Notes under the pieces: model-generated
The model's input: only the letters and a program-made list of their open reading frames with translations
The model's database searches: none
Told to the model about the DNA's origin: nothing
Assembly: GCA_963676565.1 (NCBI GenBank)
Contig: OY781089.1
Span: 2,240,001 to 2,304,000 of the forward strand
Direction: 5' to 3'
Source: Halarcobacter sp.
GTDB lineage: Bacteria > Campylobacterota > Campylobacteria > Campylobacterales > Arcobacteraceae
DNA: 64,000 bases
Program-made: the position numbers and the translations under genes
Part shown: in pieces, positions 58,393-64,000 of the stretch
Layout of the letters: the number at the start of each line of letters is the position of its first letter
Position numbering within the stretch: position 1 is the stretch's first letter

Positions 58393-61105
58393 ATCTTGGC
58401 TCTTTAAAAGGATTTGTACGATTTTTTCTAAATCTGTATATTATAAATCCTGCTAATATCATTGTTAAAATTAAAATTGTCAAAGCAAATGCGTAAGATT
58501 CATAATCACTTTTATTTGGATAATAGTATGCTGGATAAGTTAATATGAATTTGTCATTTCCAATATCATGTTCTAAAGTAAGTAAAAATTCCTGTTTAAA
58601 TCTTTTATTATACTCCTCCCAATTTGGGAAATAATCTCTTATAAGAGTTATTTTTGCTATACCATTTTCATCAGTTTTAAAACTTTTTACCCATCCACTT
58701 TGAAGTTTTATTTTAAGTAATGCATTTTTTAATGGTTTATTGTCAAATATAGCTTTGAATCTTAGGGTATCCCCCATACTTATTCTATAAAAAAAGCTAT
58801 CTTCATTTGCATCTTTAATTCTTATCAAGTCAATTCTTGAAACATTTTGATTTAACTCTTTTTTTATATCTTCACTATAGACATCTTCAGTTCCATGCTT
58901 TCCCACTAAAAACTCTAGTTTAGCTACTTTATAATAGTTATTGTCATTTAGTTTTGTTTTCTCTATTGCAAAAAGGTTATAATAACCATTGCCTGGAACT
59001 TCAAATTTGTAAAGGGTTTTGCCCCTTGATTTCTCTTCAATAATATCTTTTTCAGTTTGATTTTTATCAAACACATAAAAGCTAATATTTTTTGTAGGAT
59101 AAAGAGCTTTTTTACCTCTGTTTTCATAGGCTAGATATAGTTTTTTTGTTGGGATAACTTTTTTTGCTGATGGCTTACCTCCACCACCATGCATATGTCC
59201 ACCATACGATTTCTTTTTTGCAGTTGGATCTGTTAGAGACAAGTAAAACTCTTGTTTTGGATTTATAGAAGCTTTTTTACCCCAAGATTTTTTTGGTTTA
59301 AAATCTTCCATAGCTATTTGCATAGCTTTTTGGAAATCAACAACTTTACCACCATATTTTTTACTAAAAACGAAGGCATCTTTTTTGTTTGCAAAGGCAT
59401 ATTTACTAACCCTTGACATAGTACCTTTTTGTCTACTTCCAACTACATAAAAAGCACTTTTTGCATCAATAAACTTTAAAGTAGTTATATCAACTACTTT
59501 TATATCTTTTAAAGCTAGTTTTTTAATCTTTAAATCTTCAGTTAAACAATGAATAGAACAATATTGTCTTGGTTTACCATTAAGTGTAGCACTATGATTT
59601 GTTTTATAAAACATAGGCAAATTCATACCACAAACAACACCGCTAGTTTTATCTTTCCCTTCTTGAACCAAAGTTGCCTTTTTAAAAGGAACACTTTGAA
59701 ACATTTTCTTAGATGAAGAAGAACCATGTGAGTGCCCTCCTCTTTGTTTTGCACCATATTTTGAAAATATATATCCAGTATAAATATTAAGTCCAATATA
59801 AAATAAAATTACAAATGAAGCAAAGAAAAATCCAAATAGCTTTCTTAATTTTGTACTATCAATAAGTTTTATTCTTTTGTAAAGAATAATAAAAGCCCAA
59901 ATTACACCAATCCATTTAAATAGTTTAAAATAATGTAACCAAGCATCACCTCTTTTAGCTAATGGTGCAACATCAAAACTCATTCCAAAAGCTTGAGCAA
60001 AACCTTCAACAATTTTTGTATAATCTTTGATAAAAAACATCTCTAAAGTATGTCCTAAAGATGCAAAGATAAAAAGTGGAATAAAAGCAACACCAAGACT
60101 TGTAAAAATTGAATTAAATTCTTTTTTCAAAACCTTTGAAGCTAAATAAAGCCCTAAAAAAGCTATAGAGACAGTAACTAACAATGCATAAATAAAAGCA
60201 AAGCCACCTGCATATTCAGAAAGATTAAAAAACTCTGCTGTTCTATTCCAAATAAATTCATCAGCAATATTACTTCTATTTAAACCATGGGCAAATCCCA
60301 TAGATACAGGGATAGAAGCAAGGATTAAAATATATGTCCAAATTTCTGCATTTAAAAGTTTTAGCTTAGAGCCTAACTGTTCGGCAGGTTTAGTAAACTT
60401 GAATTTTACAGCTTCACAAGAAGTCGCACAATCCATACATAAAGTACAATCATCTGTTTGATTTTTTTTAGCAAAAGTAAAAGGTTTTAGATTATACTCA
60501 CATGCACTTGCACACTCAAATGTTTTACAATCTTTACAATGGTCTGTATATGTCTCTAATTTGGTAAAAGATAGTTTGTCATATGCTCTTGTAAGTGTAC
60601 CAATTGGACAAATATATTTACAATAACTCATATCTTTATAAATATAATACACAATAAAAGAAAGTAGTGTTAGTACAGAAAACATCAAAGCTGTATTAAA
60701 AGGAGACTTCCAAAAGCCATCAAAAGTATAATAAACTCCCCACCAACCAATCACTAATATGAAAATACCGATATATCTATTTTGCATCCATTTTGGCATC
60801 TTCTTTTTTAAACCTAATTTTGTAATATATTTTCCCATAAAACCATGGGGACAAACGCAACAAAAAATTCTTCCAAAAGATGGTAAAGTAACAACCATAA
60901 ATAAAGCCCAAAAAAGACCCCAAAAAAGTGCACCAGTAAATATATTATCTCTGCCAGGATGAACAAATCCAAAATAAATAGCATAAAAAAATAGTGCTGT
61001 AACAGTTAATCTAAGAATTAATAAAAAACTCTTATTTTTAAATAAAAAACCTAATATTGGTTTACCATAAATATCATTTTTATCACGTTTGATAAAATCT
61101 ATCAT
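58382..61105 (-). CDS. Fusion of a membrane 4Fe-4S domain, His-rich linkers, a NosL-like domain, a DUF4198-like domain and a C-terminal TM
   Basis: FCCVCPHG, CKYICPIG, CKDCKTFECASAC, CTLCMDCATSC; GGHSHG, GGHMHG; VCGM..YCSIHCL..FYVVGS..GTM; KPLKNA...KTDENG. Confidence 0.75.
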   Translation of the reverse strand: MIDFIKRDKNDIYGKPILGFLFKNKSFLLILRLTVTALFFYAIYFGFVHPGRDNIFTGALFWGLFWALFMVVTLPSFGRIFCCVCPHGFMGKYITKLGLKKKMPKWMQNRYIGIFILVIGWWGVYYTFDGFWKSPFNTALMFSVLTLLSFIVYYIYKDMSYCKYICPIGTLTRAYDKLSFTKLETYTDHCKDCKTFECASACEYNLKPFTFAKKNQTDDCTLCMDCATSCEAVKFKFTKPAEQLGSKLKLLNAEIWTYILILASIPVSMGFAHGLNRSNIADEFIWNRTAEFFNLSEYAGGFAFIYALLVTVSIAFLGLYLASKVLKKEFNSIFTSLGVAFIPLFIFASLGHTLEMFFIKDYTKIVEGFAQAFGMSFDVAPLAKRGDAWLHYFKLFKWIGVIWAFIILYKRIKLIDSTKLRKLFGFFFASFVILFYIGLNIYTGYIFSKYGAKQRGGHSHGSSSSKKMFQSVPFKKATLVQEGKDKTSGVVCGMNLPMFYKTNHSATLNGKPRQYCSIHCLTEDLKIKKLALKDIKVVDITTLKFIDAKSAFYVVGSRQKGTMSRVSKYAFANKKDAFVFSKKYGGKVVDFQKAMQIAMEDFKPKKSWGKKASINPKQEFYLSLTDPTAKKKSYGGHMHGGGGKPSAKKVIPTKKLYLAYENRGKKALYPTKNISFYVFDKNQTEKDIIEEKSRGKTLYKFEVPGNGYYNLFAIEKTKLNDNNYYKVAKLEFLVGKHGTEDVYSEDIKKELNQNVSRIDLIRIKDANEDSFFYRISMGDTLRFKAIFDNKPLKNALLKIKLQSGWVKSFKTDENGIAKITLIRDYFPNWEEYNKRFKQEFLLTLEHDIGNDKFILTYPAYYYPNKSDYESYAFALTILILTMILAGFIIYRFRKNRTNPFKEPRYVE

Positions 61106-61114
61106 CTATATACC

Positions 61115-61771
61115 TTATAATGAAATTTTTCCAGCAACAACCATTGAACCAACAAAAATTAGTAATAGTGAAGCAAAAATCTGAATATACTTTGTGTATA
61201 CCTTGAATTGTTCTATTAATCCTTGAAATATTCTTCCAACAATTAATGTATAAAAAATAAAAGGAACTAACACGGCACCTAAGCCAAATAAAAGACCATT
61301 TAGAAATGAAAATAAATATGTTGTAGTGTTTGCACTTATTGTAATCAAAGTTAAGACGGGAACACATGGATTTAAAGAGACTAATGCCCCTATTCCAAAA
61401 ATTCCGAAAGTTCCCTTTGGTTTTTTTGAAGTTGGTACTTTTGATTTGCATTTTGTTTCAACAATTAATGTTGTATAAAGCAATCCTAGTCCAATAAGAA
61501 CAGTAAAACTTCCTAGAATCAATTGAAAAATAGTATTATCATTAAGAATTGATTTTATAAATAATGAACTAGAAAAAGCAATTAAAGATATAAAGATATA
61601 AGTAACTACTCTTCCTAAACTAAATGGTAATACTACTTTTAAAGATGAAACACTTTTTGTAGAATTAGATATTAAAAGTGGAGCCAAAAAAGGCATACAT
61701 GAAAACATGCATGCAGTAGCTCCATATGATAATCCTATCAAAAAAAGTGAGAAAAAAGTTAAACTCTCCAC
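61115..61771 (-). CDS. DsbD_2/CcdA-like membrane protein with conserved Cys
   Basis: ACMFSCMPF, GRVVTY, SLNPCVP; about 6 TM segments. Confidence 0.75.
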   Translation of the reverse strand: MESLTFFSLFLIGLSYGATACMFSCMPFLAPLLISNSTKSVSSLKVVLPFSLGRVVTYIFISLIAFSSSLFIKSILNDNTIFQLILGSFTVLIGLGLLYTTLIVETKCKSKVPTSKKPKGTFGIFGIGALVSLNPCVPVLTLITISANTTTYLFSFLNGLLFGLGAVLVPFIFYTLIVGRIFQGLIEQFKVYTKYIQIFASLLLIFVGSMVVAGKISL

Positions 61772-61786
61772 TATCTTTTTTCTTTA

Positions 61787-63880
61787 TTAAAATTTATATC
61801 TAAGACCTGCATAAAATGCTCTTGGAGGGGCAACTCTTATTGTTGCATCACTCATATCACTTCCATAAGATACATTCACAAATTGATAATAGTTTTTATT
61901 AAATAAATTTGTAATTTTTCCAAAAAGCTCTAAATTATTAGAGATTTTATATTTACCTCTTAGATTAACTACAGCATAACCTGATTGTTTGTATAAGTTA
62001 GCTTCATCTGCATAATAACTACTTTTAGCAGTTATTTCTGGAGACAATACGAACTTTTGATTAACATTCCAATCTAATCCAATATTTATTGTGTGTTTTG
62101 AAGTTCTAGGTACAGTATTGCCATCTAACTCAATTTCAGGTGCGCCACCATCATTTGGATTAATTGAATAATCTTTTAATTTAGCCATTAAATACGTATA
62201 TGCAATATTATATGAAAAAGCATCATTTACTTTTGTATTAACGGCTAATTCAATACCCCTACTTCTCATATCTCCAACATTATCTATTGCTAAATATTCA
62301 TCGTCATCTGTTGACCATAAATAACTTCCAGCTTTTTTACCAATATAATCAACTCTATCTAATTGATAAATTGATAAATCATAGTTTGTATTGTTAAATC
62401 TACCTTTTATTCCAATCTCATAATTGTACGTTTTTTCACTATCTAATTCTGTTGGAATATCAAGGCTTGGATCATCTTGTAAAAGACTTAGATTTCCACT
62501 AATTTGACCAGCAGTAGGTGCTCTAAAACCACTTGAGTAACTAGTATATAAATAATGTTCATCTGCAAAGTTATAATTTAGACCTATATTAAATGAACTT
62601 TCATTATAGCTTGGATCTACATTTAAAGAACTATCCATATGATTCTTATAATCATATGTCAAGTGATCGTATCTATAATTCCCTACAATATTAAGTTTTT
62701 CTGTTAATTTTGATTGTAGTTCTAAATAAACAGCTGCAATATTTTCATCTGTATTACTATCTGATAAAAGAGTCCCAGCAGTAGTAATACCTGTCCATGG
62801 TGATCCATAGGTAACCCTTTGTACAGATTCATTATCCTGTGAGTTTTTTTCTAAGTTTATACCCACCATTGCAGCTATGCTTCCAAAAGATTTTCTATAT
62901 TCTGATTTAAATGTATTTTGAATCCATTTTTCATCATTATTTTTTAAATGAAAAGTGTCAGTACTATCTCTAGATGATCTGCTTGTTGTATCATCTTGAT
63001 ATCTAGAAACAGTTGCCATAAAATTTGAAGTATCATCAATATCATTTGAATAAGTTAAAAATGTTTTAATTAATGTTGTATCATAGAATCCAGCATAAGA
63101 TACCTCATTAAAACTTTTAGGATCATTTATAGCTGCATCAATCCCATGAACACTAGTTCCATCTCCAGACTTTCTTTTTGTATAATCAAGTCCAAAAGTT
63201 AAGTCGCTATTATCATTTAAATAATATTGATATTTTCCATTAACTGACTTGTGATTTAAGTATGCTTCATCCCAATAACCATCTGTATCTCTATATGTAG
63301 CTTGTAGTTGCAGTGAACTATCATCAAAACTTTGATTCGTTCCAATTAAAAATCTGTTAAATCCAAAACTACCTAATTCAGTTTCAAGTTTTGATTCACT
63401 AAGACCTTTTGGTCTTTTTGTTGTAATTACTATAGCACCAGAAATTGCATCATTCCCATAAAGATAACTAGCACTACCTTTAATAACTTTTATTGATTCA
63501 ATATTGTCTAAATCAAGATTTGCCTTTCCAGTAGTTTCTTGAACAGGTACACCATCAATAACAATTGCAACACCAGGTCTTTCACCCATATACATTTGAT
63601 TATCAATACCTCTGATATGTATTTTAACTTTATCATTACCCACATTTGAGGCAGTAATTCCAGGAATCGTATTCAAAATATCTTCAACATTAGTTGGATC
63701 AATTTTTTCTATTTGTTTATTATCAATAATAAAAGTGTTAGATGAACTATTCAATTTTTCTTCATATTTGTCATCAATTGTTGAGGATACAACACTTATA
63801 GACTCTAACTCAACAGCATTCAAACTATTAATCAATATTAATGAAGCTACTAGACTCATAGATATTCTTACTTTAGGCAT
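61787..63880 (-). CDS. TonB-dependent receptor
   Basis: Signal peptide, IHIRG, IESIKVIKGSASYLYG, SGFRAP, NLFNKNY, C-terminal YKF. Confidence 0.92.
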   Translation of the reverse strand: MPKVRISMSLVASLILINSLNAVELESISVVSSTIDDKYEEKLNSSSNTFIIDNKQIEKIDPTNVEDILNTIPGITASNVGNDKVKIHIRGIDNQMYMGERPGVAIVIDGVPVQETTGKANLDLDNIESIKVIKGSASYLYGNDAISGAIVITTKRPKGLSESKLETELGSFGFNRFLIGTNQSFDDSSLQLQATYRDTDGYWDEAYLNHKSVNGKYQYYLNDNSDLTFGLDYTKRKSGDGTSVHGIDAAINDPKSFNEVSYAGFYDTTLIKTFLTYSNDIDDTSNFMATVSRYQDDTTSRSSRDSTDTFHLKNNDEKWIQNTFKSEYRKSFGSIAAMVGINLEKNSQDNESVQRVTYGSPWTGITTAGTLLSDSNTDENIAAVYLELQSKLTEKLNIVGNYRYDHLTYDYKNHMDSSLNVDPSYNESSFNIGLNYNFADEHYLYTSYSSGFRAPTAGQISGNLSLLQDDPSLDIPTELDSEKTYNYEIGIKGRFNNTNYDLSIYQLDRVDYIGKKAGSYLWSTDDDEYLAIDNVGDMRSRGIELAVNTKVNDAFSYNIAYTYLMAKLKDYSINPNDGGAPEIELDGNTVPRTSKHTINIGLDWNVNQKFVLSPEITAKSSYYADEANLYKQSGYAVVNLRGKYKISNNLELFGKITNLFNKNYYQFVNVSYGSDMSDATIRVAPPRAFYAGLRYKF

Positions 63881-63900
63881 TTCTTCTCCATATTTTAATT

Positions 63901-63950
63901 ACCACTTTAAAATATGAAAGAATATTTCAGTATAATAGAAGTGGTGTTAA
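63901..63950 (-). promoter_or_regulatory. Putative promoter of the TonB/DCCP locus, with nested inverted repeats
   Basis: TATACT -10 at 63929-63934; ACCACTT (63901)/AAGTGGT (63939) and TGAAA-N5-TTTCA (63915-63929). Confidence 0.45.
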
Positions 63951-63957
63951 TTCACTA

Positions 63958-64000
63958 TCTTCCATCTATCTAGGTCGCCAAACTTTATTTAGATGGGAGA
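63958..64000. other. Hairpin at the window edge
   Basis: TCTTCCATCTA (63958-63968) pairs with TAGATGGGAGA (63990-64000), 1 mismatch. Confidence 0.5.

Noticed and set aside
1497..63917. Short overlapping ORFs in the track (e.g. 1497-1682, 2170-2451, 13973-14188, 14312-14569, 21930-22112, 25711-25941, 27919-28422, 30929-31144, 31766-31963, 33287-33523, 34221-34553, 34818-35030, 35757-35954, 36651-36911, 39553-39795, 43309-43632, 51317-51520, 54092-54304, 55658-55930, 57344-57628, 60759-60962, 61083-61451, 63735-63917)
   Set aside because: Antisense or out-of-frame shadows of well-supported genes, with no recognisable motifs.
63965..63990. AAGTTTGGCGACCT as the 3' B12-box of a cobalamin riboswitch
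   Set aside because: Only a loose match, it lies upstream of the putative -10, and any aptamer would be outside the window.
1..64000. CRISPR arrays, tRNA/rRNA genes, transposases, integrases
   Set aside because: No regularly spaced repeats, RNA-gene signatures or mobile-element ORFs seen; intergenic regions are short.

Overview
AT-rich chromosomal window. The gene set and the AAGGA-type RBS / TATAAT promoters suggest a Campylobacterota (Arcobacteraceae-like) genome. No rRNA, tRNA, CRISPR array, IS element or prophage was seen. Blocks in order: (1) 5' end of putA, a divergent small ribbon-helix-helix (RHH) gene with a partner gene, uspA and a LIV-type ABC transporter; (2) a complete sox thiosulfate-oxidation cluster (soxCDXYZA-orf-rhodanese-soxB) with accessory genes and moeA; (3) housekeeping genes (rmuC, M48 peptidase, GGDEF, ybgC, tas, SLAC1/TehA); (4) a cobamide salvage and nucleotide-loop cluster (cobC, cobS, cobQ, cobU, cobT, a kinase, bluB, cobD, cbiB, acpH, cbiA, btuCDF, two TonB receptors); (5) NosL-like and DsbD_2-like genes, a candidate sRNA and dgt; (6) a 10-kb gene run linking a TonB-dependent receptor, metal-binding membrane polyferredoxins and an ATP-driven double-cubane-type reductase pair (DCCP/DCCP-R-like) to exbB-exbD-tonB. 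Best leads: the TonB/DCCP locus; a stand-alone RHH regulator with a palindromic operator shared by putA and the liv operon; an APH-family kinase that may replace PduX as L-threonine kinase; and an unannotated sRNA with an anti-Shine-Dalgarno loop. All calls come from reading motifs by eye; no searches were run.
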